Shown here: piece after piece, positions 12,770-25,682 of the stretch | How positions within the stretch are numbered: position 1 is the first letter of the stretch | Layout of the letters: each line of letters starts with the position of its first letter | Origin: Octopus sinensis | Taxonomy: Eukaryota | Length of the DNA stretch: 64,000 nucleotides | Assembly: GCF_006345805.1 (NCBI RefSeq) | Contig: NC_043023.1 | Coordinates: 3,472,001 to 3,536,000, forward strand | Direction: 5' to 3' | Made by a program: the position numbers and the translations under genes | The notes under the pieces: model-generated | What the model saw: only the letters and a program-made list of their open reading frames with translations | The model's database searches: none | What the model was told of the DNA's origin: nothing

Positions 12770-13339
12770 ATCATAGATCAAAATACTACTCCACGAGGAA
12801 GTTACAGTCCACTTAATACTCACACAATCCACAGAGCTCTTCTATACTATGCAGCTAAAGGATCCTTTATAGCTAGATACGCTTCCACCTGTCTCCAAAT
12901 AAATAATTCACTCACAGTGGCCGGACACGTTTTCCACAGAAAACCAACAACATTACTTGTATGGTAATGATGATGTCCACTCGTAATTATAATATAGGAA
13001 TCTTCCAACACACACACAGGTGTATGCACGGTTGCACAGAGATAGTTCAAGCCCCACCATGTGGTTCTAAGTCCACCTGAAACTGCATGACACCTTGGGC
13101 AAGTGTCTACAATAGCACTGGGTTGACCAGTACTTTGCAAGTGAATTTAGGAGATAGAAACTGTGTAGAAGTGTGGCAATGTGTGTGCGGGCCTGTGTGC
13201 TTCCCCCACCACTTGACCACTGGGGTTAGTATATTGCAGTAAAACCCTCCAAGGCAGTGTCTCTAGCCTGCTGATGGTTCAACGACAGTAACAAGGCAAA
13301 AAAGTTTACATATACAAATGCCGCACAGCTTTTCTATCC

Positions 13340-13418
13340 AGTACCTTCTCAGACATGAATTGGTCAGCAAAACTATATTCAGACATATGCTTGTCTATTT
13401 ATCATCATTGTAGGTACC
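13340..13418 (-). ncRNA. SNORD27: U27-like box C/D snoRNA, copy D
   Basis: Same boxes and guide. Part of a ~650-bp tandem duplication with copy C. Confidence 0.88.
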
Positions 13419-14590
13419 GTCATAGGTCAAAATACTACTCCACGGGGAAGTTGCAGTCCACTTAATACTCACACAATCCACAGAGCTCTTCTATACTATG
13501 TAGCTAACAAGCTGACAGTGGTTGCCCGTCTTGGTATGAAGTACAGTGCAGCCAATTGTCACTACACAAAGACCATAGCATGAACCATACCTTTGCCAAC
13601 TGTTTTAACCCTTTAGTGTTCGCATTATACTACCAAAATTAATCCTTTTTTATCCACATTGCTTTGAACTAATCATGCATTATCTTGTAACTATGAGATT
13701 ATGACGAGGTAGCCGTTAATTTTTAAAACGATATTGTAGGGTTAGTGTGAGAGACCAGATCTGGCCAGTTTGAACATAAAACGGGCAGAATACTTCTGGC
13801 CGGTTTAAATGACTCTGCACTCTGACATCTCTTGACCTCCACCCAACCTCAAGGACATGATAACGCAAAGAAGAGTGGACTACAGCAACACTCAGCCAGT
13901 GTTCATTTACAACAGAATAGATAGGAGCAATATAAAAGGACATGCCTTGCACAAAGAAACAAAGTGTGCAACTCTACACTAATCATTAACTGTTTCACCA
14001 CTAAGTTTTTGTTGAAATACACTGCAATAATTAGTAAAACAACAAGCAATTATTTAAGCCTTTCGTTACTGTATTTATTTTGAGATGTTCTGTGTTTCTT
14101 TTAATTACTTTAAATATAACAAAGAATTTAAGTAAAACAACCTAGTTATCATTCAGCTAGTGTCAGGATCATTAATTGTGATTCACCCTTTCGTTACTGC
14201 ATTTATTTTGAGAGGCTCTGTGTTTCCTTCAATTAATTTTGAATATAACAAAGAATTTAGTAAAGTAACTTAGTTATCATTAAGCTAGTGTTAGGAACAT
14301 AAATTGTGACTAAGGTTTGGTGGAAGATTTTAATTCAAAACTTATGAAAACAAGACATGTGTACAACAGAGCCGGTTTCAGCCAGGCAGGTAACAAAAGG
14401 GTTAAGGCTTGGTGGGAGATTTTAATTTAAAACTTATGGAAACAAGACATTTGTATTACAGAACCAGAGGTGGTTTCAGCCAGGTTGGTATCAAAAGGGT
14501 TAAGCTGATATCAGAGAATACCCAACCACACAGCCGGCCCCTAACATGTATATAAAACACCAACGGTTACACCAACAGTTACACACTGGG

Positions 14591-14664
14591 GTCTCAGATA
14601 TGAATTAATCAGCAAAGCTTTATTCAGACATATGCTTGTCTATTTTATCATCATTGCAGGCACC
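14591..14664 (-). ncRNA. SNORD27: U27-like box C/D snoRNA, copy E (3' terminal stem lost)
   Basis: Boxes and guide are intact, but the sequence after box D is gaccccagtgtg instead of gaaggtact. Flanks are shared with copy B. Confidence 0.7.
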
Positions 14665-15508
14665 ACACAGGAAGATGGTGTCTCAATCTCTCTCTCTCTC
14701 TCCTGCATACATACACACATCAACTCAGCCCACAAAATAGCTAGACTCACCACCAAAATCTTCTGACTGCATTCAACTGAGAGAGTTTAACCCAGCCCCT
14801 ATTGAGTTCACCATACCTATTTCTTTACTACCCACAAGGGGATAAACACAGAGAGGACAAACAAGGACAGACAAATGGATTAAGTCAATTAAGATGAAGT
14901 TTTGACAAAAAGCTTCAATTTAAATTAACTCTAAACCAGGCACCTTATGACCTTTGAGGGTCCATTTAAGATTTTGTTGTATTTGCAATAAATTGGTCAG
15001 GCTTCTACAATACACAGAATACTTTCAATTTTTGTATAAAATTCCTAAGATTTAATTATAAAAATACAGGATTTTCTTGAATGGCTAAGAGGGTCCATCT
15101 GAGTAAAAAAGGAATTGAAGGCTACTCTTTTACACTCACTGGACTGCAACCACTGCTTTGAATAGGTCTTACATTTTTTCTTATTTTGCTTGAAATCTGG
15201 TACTTATTTATCAGTATCTTTTGCTGAACTGCCGTAGAGGAGGAGCAACAAACAGGCACACATCCACACCCTATGGGCTTCCACTCAGTTTCCACCGACC
15301 TAATACACTCACAAGGAATTGGGTCAGCCTGGGGTTATTCAAACTAAAACCATGTAGTTACAAGGCAAGCTTCTTATCCAGAGATCCACACCTGCACCCT
15401 TATGTATTTCCAAACATGAACCATCCCAAGGAAAACCAACTACCCTGATCGATTATCTTCTAAAACCAGGCCCAGGCATAAATCCACCCCTGCAGTGTAT
15501 GACTCTCC

Positions 15509-15587
15509 AGTACCTTCTCAGACGTGAATTGATCAACAAAGCCAAGTTCAGACATATGCTTGTCTATTTATCATCATTGTAGGCACC
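15509..15587 (-). ncRNA. SNORD27: U27-like box C/D snoRNA, copy F
   Basis: Same boxes, guide and terminal stem, in flanks unrelated to the other copies. Confidence 0.88.
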
Positions 15588-16069
15588 AACCAAAACACAG
15601 CTCTATGGAACAACACAACAGAACCACGTTCTGTGCATCATATTCAAAGAGATCTAAACTCCACATCAAAGATTCACACGCCAACACCATACATAGATTA
15701 ATTATAGGATTCAACAGAACTTAGGTACATCAACACGTAGAATGCCAGAAAAGGCTACATACAATAACACAGGGTTCACAATGAAGTAAAACCTTGCTTC
15801 CCAACCATGCGGTTTCAGATTCCGTCCCACTGGGTTGCAGCCCTTTTATCTTGCACCTACCCTGTTGTAAATGAACACCAGCTGAGTGCTGGTGTAGTCC
15901 CATCTTCTTTGAGTAGTCATCTCTTAGAGGTAGGTTGAGGTTGGGTGGAGGTCAAGAGATGTCTGAGTGCAGAGTAATTTAAAACAGTTGGGTTCATGTA
16001 TGGTCTTTGTGAAGTGACAAATGGCTTTCCACTATAGACTCAAGCTGAACACACAAAAGCACATGTATA

Positions 16070-16269
16070 CAGTCATGGCCAGAAGTTTGGAACATAGGTC
16101 TGAATTGTTTTTTTAACTATCAAATGCTCAATGTTATATTTAATATTTAACTGACCACTGGATCAATTGTTAGGCAACTATATCTCTACGCTGTATATTT
16201 GAATTGGATTGTACTTGGGCATAATTTCAATTTTTAAAAAAAACTGTTCCAAACCTTTGGCCATGACTG
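16070..16269. mobile_element. Tc1-type MITE, 200 bp
   Basis: TIRs CAGTCATGGCCAGAAGTTTGGAACA / TGTTCCAAACCTTTGGCCATGACTG with TA on both sides. Confidence 0.85.
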
Positions 16270-17127
16270 TACACACATTTATTTTTATCCCTTGTTTCCA
16301 GTCATCAGGCTGCAGCTATGTCAGGACACACCCTTGAAGAATTCCTCATCCAAACAGATTGACCCCCACCAGTACCTAATCTATTGCTATTTTTTTTTTA
16401 CAGAATTGCTAAGTCACAGGAACATAAACAAATCAACAGTTTGCCAAATGATGAAACTGCTTGTTTGACACAGATGCTCATTTACAACCATCACATAATG
16501 CTGGAACAAGGACACATACAACAGGTTTCAATTTCTCCCAACCCAACCCAATCCACTCACAAGACTAGTCCACAGTGCCACAGTGGGACTGAGCTCAGAA
16601 TCACATAACCAAATCTGCATCAATGTACACCTACACATCTTCAAACACAACAAACTCAGTGTCGAAAATGCTGCAGTAGTCATGGACAATACCCCAACCC
16701 CATAAACACAAAGTTACCCACCCTCTTTTCTTATTTCTTTATTGCTTACAAGGGGCTAAACATAGAGGGGACAAACAAAGGGATTAAGTCGATTACATCA
16801 GCCCCAGTGCATAACTGGTACTTAATTTATCAACCCCAAAAGGATGAAAGGCAAAGTTGACCTCGGCAGAATTTGAACTCAAAACTTAGCGGCAGGCGAA
16901 ATACCGCTAAGCCTTTCGTCCGGCATGCTAACGATTCTGCCAGCTCGCCTGCCTTCTTTTCTACAGTACAAAAACAGCACCGAACCAAACAACTGTTGAC
17001 AACACAAGTTGACACCTGAAATACTCTTTGCTCACAAATGCAACAAACTACACCACCAGTCGCACCACCTGACACTGGGAGTAATACTAGTATCGGTAGT
17101 TGTAGTAGTAGTAGCAGAAATACTCAC

Positions 17128-17234
<107 letters not shown>

Positions 17235-17980
17235 TCAAAGAAAGAGTAAAATATAATACATTGACAAATGAGAGCATAACCCTGTGGCCTATGCCAGGGG
17301 TGTAACCAGCCCACTTATGCGCACCTTTTCCTTCATTGGACACTAAATCCTGCTTGCGAAGACCTGTTGAGGCAAGTGAAATTGATATCAAATTCGATGA
17401 CTGGCATCCGTGCTAGTGGGGCACAAAGAGCATCATCCAAGCGTGATCGTTGCCAGAGCGGCTAACTGGCTTCCATGCTGGTGGCAAGTAAAAGGCATCA
17501 TTCCAGTGTGATCGTTACCAGCGTCATTTTACTGGCACATGAAAAAACATTCAAGCAAGGTTGTTACCAGTACTGCCTGACAGGCACCCGTACCGGTGGC
17601 ACATAAAAGCACCCACTACACTCTCGGAGTGGTTGGCATTAGGAAGGGCATCCAGCTGTAGAAACTCTGCCAGATCAAGTTTGGAGCCTGGTTCAGCCAT
17701 CTAATTCGCCAGTCCTCAGTCAAATCGTCCAACCCATGCTATCATGGAAAGCAGATGTTAAACGATGATGAAGCAAGGCCAGCAGTTTTGACAGGAGTGG
17801 GGAGTAAATTAGATCAACTCCGAAAGGTGAAATTGACCCTGGTGGAATTTGAACTTGGAATGCAAAGCTGGATCAAATGCTCAGTATGCCAACACTGTTA
17901 CCAGTTGGCCACTTTATATAACACATTTTCTAATCCTGGCACAATGCCAGCTATTTCAGGGGAGGAGGCAAGTCAATTAA

Positions 17981-18200
17981 CCCTTTAGTGTTCACATTAT
18001 TCTGCCAAAATTAATCCTTTTTCATCTACATTGTTTTGAACTAATCTTGCATTATCTTGTAGCTATGAGATTTTGATGAGGTAGCTGTTAATTTTTAAAA
18101 CGACATTGTAGGGTTGGTGTGAGAGACCAGATCTGGCCAGTTTGAACATAAACAGGTAGAATACTTTTGGCCGGATATGGCCGGTTTAAATGCTAAAGAG
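17981..18200. mobile_element. piggyBac-like MITE (TTAA)
   Basis: TTAA-ccctttag...ctaaagag-TTAA. Same family as 27426-27647 and ~13607-13810. Confidence 0.7.
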
Positions 18201-18730
18201 TTAAATCAATCCCAATGTTCAACAGGTTCTTATTTTATCAGTCCCAAAAGGATGAAAGGCAAATTTGAACTCGGAACATAAAGCTAGATAAAATGTTGCT
18301 AAGCATACTAATGTGTCTGCCTTAACTTGCTGAGAAATATTGCTTTCGTATTTTGGTAGAAGGCCGGCAATTTCAGGAGAGAAATGCTCAACTGGCATTT
18401 ATTTTACAGACCCCCAAAAGGATGAAAGCTAAGTTGACCTCGGTGGTATTTGAACCTGGAACATAAAGCTGAACAAAATGCAGCCAATGACTTTGCCCAG
18501 TGCGCTTCCAAAATACCATGAGAATTTTTATTCCTTAACCATTGACTAGTGATACCTGATCAGTATACACTACCCATTTTGGGTTCAAACCAACCAGATC
18601 AGGCTTCTCACACCTACAGTATGTCATTCTAAAAATAATGTCAAAATCTTGCATCCACAAGATAAATTCAAAACAATGTGAGTAAATAAGCACCACATTA
18701 GACAGAGTAATCTGAATGCTAAAGGGTTAA

Positions 18731-19273
18731 CCCTTTCGTTACTATATTTCTGACCAAAATACACCCCTTATGTGTTTCAATTAATTTTTAACGTAATCAT
18801 AAATTTAGTCTGGTTTCATTAAACAACTATAACTTTTTTATTTATCAATATATTAATATGATTTTTGGAAGATAATTTAATGAAATGTCCTCAACCAATT
18901 CTATACTATAATTTTTGTCACAAAGTGACTAATTGCAGGTAGATACAGGTAAATACAACAAAATATAAAATTATTAAAATTTTTGTTCAAACATCGCTAT
19001 AGAAAATGGGTTATTAGCTAATGAAATTCGTATCCATTTTTTGTCAGAATTACAAATTTTGAAAACACAATAGGAACAAATTTTGGAAAAAAATCTCCCA
19101 AAATTCACGGAATTAAAATTACACTTCGATCGTTGTACAAAACTGTATATGAACTGTTTACGAAGTATAATCACGTGTTTTCACGAATGTACTAAAGAGA
19201 TTTGCTCTGATATTCTCATTTAAATATGAATAGGTAAATACGGGCGGTTTTGGGCGGCTTGGTAACGAAAGGG
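18731..19273. mobile_element. piggyBac-like non-autonomous element
   Basis: Perfect 12-bp TIRs ccctttcgttac/gtaacgaaaggg flanked by TTAA. Confidence 0.8.
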
Positions 19274-19320
19274 TTAAACAGACAGGATGGTCACAGCCGG
19301 AACACCTTTGATCATGCCTA

Positions 19321-19560
<240 letters not shown>

Positions 19561-20986
19561 CTATTTAAGACACAAGGCTTGGAATTTGGGGGGAGGGGGA
19601 CTAGTCGATTATATCGACCCAAGAAATTCAATGGTACTTAATTCATCAACTCCGAAAGGATGAAAGCCAAAGTTGACCATGGTGGAATTTGAACTCAGAA
19701 TATAGTGACAGGCGATTCGGCCAACTTGCCACCTTAATAATAACGATCCTGACTACTATAGGCACATGGCCCGAAATTTTAGGGGAGGGGGCGCTAGTTG
19801 ATTACATTGACCCCCAAAAGACGAAAGGCAAAGTAGACCTTGGTGGAATTTGAACTCAGAAATGTAGAGACAGGCAAAATGCTACTAGCATTTTGTCCAG
19901 TGTGCTAATGATTCTGCCAGCTTCCTGCCTTGGGTAATACGACAATTATTAAAGGTACAAGAGAAGAGGTTGTGCTGTGGTTAAGTGAAAATCAATAAAA
20001 ATCGCTGGGTTCCAAAACATAAGGAGTTGACCTGTTCGACTAAGGCCTTCGTGGTGGTGCCCCTAGACGGCAACAAACCAACTTAAACAAGTAAATGATA
20101 AGAGGTCATCCAATGAAACTGGTCTACAAGAGCTTCTTGTGCAACAAAGGCAAAGATGATCTCTCTTTCAACTACTTAGAATTAGCTACCTTGCATACCC
20201 TCTTCACCTTGATGCCCTCTCTGTCCCACCAGGGACCTGGATCAAATACAAACAGCTAGTCATCCACCTCAGATAAAAATATCAATACATTTTGAGAACC
20301 AACGAGGATTTATCTCCCCACAAGTGATATAAACGGGTGTATTCTGCACCAAAAGCCAATATGATAGGTTCTCTCATAGTACTTACTTGTAACAAAACAC
20401 ATTTTAAGTGGGGATAAACATTCTCTCAAGTTATCTCCCGCAGTACAACCTGTCCTGACAGAACAGCCACTTTAAGTAGGGGTACTTCTCAGTATTAAAA
20501 CTACATATATACTATTAACTCACTGGCTAATCACAACATTAGCACCTGTTCTGGCACATTCTATATATCGCTGGCAGGGAGATGAATCACCACTGTCTCT
20601 AGCGGTCAAGAATCCACCATTGGCGAGTCCAAGGAAGGCCAAGATTCCGTGATCTGGTGATTTGGGCATTGGAGATGGTGGGGATGTCTCCCTGTTAGCA
20701 ATATAAACCAGAGTGCATTTCTCTCATGGAATCTACTGCAGTATAGCTTGTTCTAACAGAACACATTTAAGTGGGAATAAACATCACCTCTCGATGTGTG
20801 CATGTATAAATAAGGGTGAAGAACACCTGTAGGTTCACAATGTATATTATTTATTGAATCTTTGAAGAATTACAGATAGGAGATTCCATGTTTTTTGCTA
20901 GATGTACATACCTTTGTAACTTGTAATGCCTACAATTAAAACTATACGAAATTTTTTCAGACTTCTGTTTTGATAAATATACTTAC

Positions 20987-21065
20987 CAATTTTGGACGGC
21001 GTCAAACCCTTCTTGGCAAGTTTATAGATCTGTTCCTTAACATCATCTGATGACAGTTTCAACCA
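20987..21065 (-). CDS. rps13: rps13 exon 3 (WLKLSSDDVKEQIYKLAKKGLTPSKI)
   Basis: tttccacag|TGGTTGAAACTG...AAAATTG|gtaagt. 79 nt. Confidence 0.97.
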
Positions 21066-23178
21066 CTGTGGAAACAAACATTAAAGATAAGCAATAACAG
21101 TCGCATACGGATGACAAGCTTAAATGTACAACAATGATATTGTAACTATTCCATGCAATAAAATATCCAGGTGACATTATGACGACCATTTAATGCGCAC
21201 GTTTCTATCCTTGCTTGGGTCAAATGGAATTCATCAAAGCAAATTCTCTAAGGTCAAACAACACTTTGTCTCTCTACAAAAGTTCATTAAGAGATTCTCA
21301 CCTCTCTTCCCCACCACACATCAGAAGCATAGAACAAATGAGTTTACATCCTAATTTCACCCACAGCTAGGCTTTGCAATACTTAAATTTATTATTAAGT
21401 CCTTCATTTAATGCTGTGCACTATATCATCATCTTTGTTTAGCATCCGCTTTCCATGCTAGCATGGGTTGGACAGTGGACGGTGCAACTGGGGTCTGGGA
21501 AGCCGGAAGGCTGCACCAGGCCCAGTCTGATCTGGCAATGTTTCTACGGCTGGATGTCCTTCCTAACGCCAACCATTCCGTGAGTGTAGTGGGTGCTTTT
21601 TACGTGCCAGACGAGGCTGGCAAATGGCCACGATCGGATGGTGCTTTTTACGTGCCACCGGCACGGGGGCCTGGCGAGGCTGGCAACGGCCACATACGGA
21701 TGGTGCTTTTTACGTGTCATGTTCGGATGGTTCTCTTACATACCACCAGCACTGATATCACAGCTGCAAATTTCCATTGATGTTGATCGATTTTGATTTT
21801 CACTTGCCTCAACAGGTCTTCACAAGTAGAGTTTTGTATCCCAAGAAGGAAAGGTATGCATAAGTGGACTGGCTACATCCCATGTAGAGGCCACGGGTTA
21901 TGGTCTCACTTGTCCTGCCGGGTCTTCTCACGCACAGCATAGTATATATATATATATTTTATCATCCCGCCACCTCACTGCATCTAAAGCTTATCTTTAC
22001 TATTAGTGGGAAAGTCTCTAATCATATTCTTCCATTAATAAAAATTTTGATGAAGGTTGTTCCTTGTATACGACCCTAGGAGACAGCAGCATTGGGAAGT
22101 CGGTACCAAACTTAAAACAAACAAAAAAGTACTGGCATTAATTTGACTAAAGCCTTCAAAACAGTGCCCCAACATGGCCACAGTCTGAAGCAAGCTCTTT
22201 TAATATCAATAACTCAGTAATGAGTTTCAAGTCTAGCCACTCAAACCGTGATCAATGTTGAATGACAGGGACACTCCTGATCCCCTAATGACTCACTCAA
22301 CTAGGGAGGACAGCCAAAGGGATTTCTAAGCTACTATGCTCTATAGACAAAGTATCAACTACCCATACAACAAATTTTCAATTATCAAAATTATCTCTAC
22401 CCCTACACTAGGGGTCGGGGAACTTTAACCGATTACCCCCAATCGAGGGGGTACATCAGTGTAAATAAATATATATTGGGGGTAATCGGTCAAAGTTCCC
22501 CGGCCCCTAGTCTAGGGGTAGAGATACTCTCTTTTACTTGTTTCAGTCATTTGACTGCGGCCATGCTGGAGCACCACCTTTCATCAAGCAAATCAACCCC
22601 GGGACTTATTCTTTGTAAGCCCAGTACTTATTCTATCGGTCTCTTTTGCCGGACTGCTAAGTGACGGGGACGTGTAAACACACCAGCATTGGTTGTCAAG
22701 CAATACTAGAGGGACAAACACAAACACACATATATATATATATACAACAGGCTTCTTTCCGTCTACCAAATCCACTCACAAGGCATTGGTCAGCCCGGGG
22801 CTATAGCAGAAGACACTTGCCCAAGATGTTACACAGTGGGACTGAACCCGGAACCAATTTGTTGTATGGTACTTGATACTTTATCTATAGAGCATAATTT
22901 GGAAGAAAAAATATAAACTCTTTGAATTCAAAAGGTCTGTTGAATCTATTACAAATATAGAAAGTATAAAATGCAATAAGCTTTGAAAAGGCAGCCTTCT
23001 TGTTTTGCTTTCTGTCTCCAATATAAAAAAAGCTTTTACTTATGTCTAATGAGTCATTACCCGCAAGAATTTCATTTTTACCCCAGTTCGGCAACTCCTG
23101 CTCTAGAGAATGTATCCTAATTACCAAACAATAATTAAGACCAGAGTCCACTAACGAGCAACTGCAATTAATGAGCAA

Positions 23179-23249
23179 GTCATTCAGAAAACTAAGCTCA
23201 ACACAATATTTCAGAGAGCTGGGGTTAGTTTCAATGACATCATAATGAC
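23179..23249 (-). ncRNA. Box C/D snoRNA guiding the 28S C equivalent to yeast Cm2948 (snR69-like), intron 2 copy
   Basis: gtcat-t-ATGATGT (C)...AACTAACCCCAGCTCT-CTGA (D')...GTGTTGA (C')...CTGA (D)-atgac. The guide pairs with 28S GAGCUGGGUUUAG at 12 of 13 positions, and D'+5 gives the C of GAGC. Confidence 0.78.
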
Positions 23250-24811
23250 CTGAACATTAACATCACCTATTTTTTCACTACACACAAGGGGCTAAACAAG
23301 GAGAAACGAATTTAACCGATTACATCGACCCCAGTGCATAACCGGTCCTTAATTCATCAACCCCAAAAGGATGAAAGGCAAAGTTGACCTCGGCAGAATT
23401 TGAACTCAGAACGTAGCGGCAGATGAAATACCTATTTCTTTATTACCCACAAGGGGCTAAACAAGGACAGACATAGGTATTAAGTCAATTACATCGACCC
23501 CAGTGTGTAACTGGTACTTAATTTATCGACCTCGAAAGGATGAAAGGCAAAGACGACCTCGGCAGAATTTGAACTCACAACGTAACGCAGACGAAATACC
23601 GCTAAGCATTTCACCCGGCGTGCTAACGTTTCTGCCAGCTCACCGCCTTTACATCACCCCACACTACATTTCCAGCAAAACAAAATCCATTATCAGCGTA
23701 AAGTTATGGCTGTGTGAATTAACCCTTTCTTTACCAACCCACCTGTAGGCACCCAATTGGAATTTCACTATGTAAACAATTGAGTTACACTGGTGGTCCT
23801 TAACTATTTTTTTACCTGTGGACTTCTTTGGCTACTAATCTATTCTGGCGGACTCCCATAGCCACACAATATTTGAAAACTAGTTTTATAGGCGCAGGAG
23901 TGGCTGTGTGGTAAGTAGCTTGTTTACCAACCACATGGTTCCGGGTTCAGTCCCACTGCGTGGCACCTTAGGCAAGTGTCTTCTACTATAGCCTCGGGCC
24001 GACCAAAGCCTTGTGAGTGGATTTGGTAGACGGAAATTGAAAGAAGCCCGTCGTATATATGTATATGTGTCTGTGTTTGTCCCTCTAGCATTGCTTGACA
24101 TCCGATGCTGGTGTGTTTATGTCCCCGTTACTTAGCGGTTCGGCAAAAGAGACCGATAGAATAAGTACTGGGCTTACAAAAGAATATGTCCCGGGGTCGA
24201 GTTGCTCGATTAAAGGCGGTGCTCCAGCATGGCCGCAGCCAAATGACTGAAACGTGTAAAAGAGTAAAGATATTCCTCTCAAAATTTCTATTTTGCTTTT
24301 CATACAAACTTTTGTAGGTTGGCAATAGTAATTGTCTGAAAGAACAGGCTTCAGTGGCTAGAAACATGAAACTATGTAAAACAGAAAGGAACTTTTCCTT
24401 TAGATGTAGTGATTGCCAGAAAAGCAACCAATAAATCTAAAGCAAAAGTTTCTTTCACAGACCCTTAAAATACCAGTGTATCCCAAATTTGCTAATTAGC
24501 TCGTGTGGATCCCCTAGAAGTCACATAGACTGGTTGAGAATTACTGAGTTATACCAACATTATTTTACATATCTGGGCATTGAATTTTTGGATATTTTTT
24601 TTCCTCCCCAATTTTTACCACTTCAATTTTCTGAAATGTTGCACTACGGATGACAACTGGATAATCAGCTTCATGTTGTCAAGTAGCAAATTTGACTTCA
24701 AAGTTCTTTTGAAAGATATATAGAAGACCTGTCCAAGGTGTCACGTAACGGGACTGAACCACACAGGTATGTCTATCAACAAGTAAAAGATAATCCACTG
24801 TGTATACTTAC

Positions 24812-24860
24812 TGTTGGCACTGAACGACGGTATGGTAGCGCTGATTGGGATATACCCTTT
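24812..24860 (-). CDS. rps13: rps13 exon 2 (KGISQSALPYRRSVPT)
   Basis: ctctctgcag|AAAGGGTATATCC...GTGCCAACA|gtaagt. 49 nt, phase-compatible with exons 1 and 3. Confidence 0.97.
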
Positions 24861-24998
24861 CTGCAGAGAGAGAGAGAGAAAACATTATTATTATTATTAT
24901 TATTACTACAAAACCTGGTATAGCAACAGCATAACCCATTCAAACACTTTCTGCTCACAAGTTTCTATTCTCAACCAAAACTCTGCTAGAAAGACTAT

Positions 24999-25208
24999 TG
25001 GCCCAGTGGTTAGGGCAGCGGACTCGCGGTCGTAGAATCGCGGTTTCGATTCCCAGACCGGGCGCTGGTCCCTGCTGTACTCTTTCTTCTGTTGGCCTGC
25101 TCGCTTAGCCAGCAGGGTGGCGCCATTCGAATGCTAAAAAACAATGCGAACGCATTGTGACCAGCGATGTGTAACTACATCTGATGGACTGGTCGGTTAC
25201 GTGATATC
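24999..25208 (+). mobile_element. tRNA-Arg-like SINE (also 38290-38600, 56190-56456 minus, 60445-60745, 62345-62650)
   Basis: tggcccagtggttagggcagcggactcgcgg...ggtttcgattccc head. Present only in duplication unit 1, so it inserted after the duplication. Confidence 0.75.
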
Positions 25209-25421
25209 TAGATGGCGGTGCCCCAGCATGGCCACAGCTCATGAGCTGAAACTAGATAAAATAAATAATATTCTGAGTGTAGTTGCTGCTATTTCTAGCT
25301 ATAATCTTCATTTAACCCTTTGTCTTTTAAACCAGCTAGATGTGGCCCCTCACACCTATGCTACAATGTTATTCTAAAAAAATAAGCAATAGCATTATCA
25401 AAATCTAAGAGAAACAAGGCA

Positions 25422-25502
25422 GTCATTCAGAAAAACTATACTCGTCAGGAGTAAAAAGATTACTCAGAGAGCTGGGGTTAGTTTCAATAACATCATAATG
25501 AC
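25422..25502 (-). ncRNA. snR69-like box C/D snoRNA, intron 1 copy 1
   Basis: Same C box, guide, D' box and gtcat/atgac stem. C' candidate CTGACGA. Confidence 0.78.
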
Positions 25503-25682
25503 TTAGGATAGGAACAGATAGATAGAATATGCAGTGCTACTTGGGTGTGATCTACAACTTAAAAGGCGATTACTTTTCAATTTCTAAAAGCCCTCAAGAC
25601 TTTAACGGTGCAAAAGCCATGGCTGCCAAACTCATCAGTTTATCCTCACTGGAAATGTTTTCTCTATTATGCTGATTTCATC

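Noticed and set aside
10064-15587. Repeat-spacer-like pattern suggesting a CRISPR array
   Set aside because: Eukaryotic intron, spacings of 0.65-1.7 kb and no cas genes. The repeats are explained by C/D boxes and an rRNA guide.
20622-20645. ccaaggaagg in intron 3, resembling the reverse complement of U14 domain A (expected in vertebrate RPS13 introns)
   Set aside because: No adjacent CTGA box D, no box C and no domain B. A 10-nt match is expected by chance.
21130-21262. Possible H/ACA snoRNA ~70 nt upstream of the exon-3 acceptor (hairpin, ATAGAA, hairpin, ACA)
   Set aside because: The second hairpin folds poorly by eye, the ACA spacing is off and no target was identified. It needs snoGPS/Infernal and cannot be supported now.
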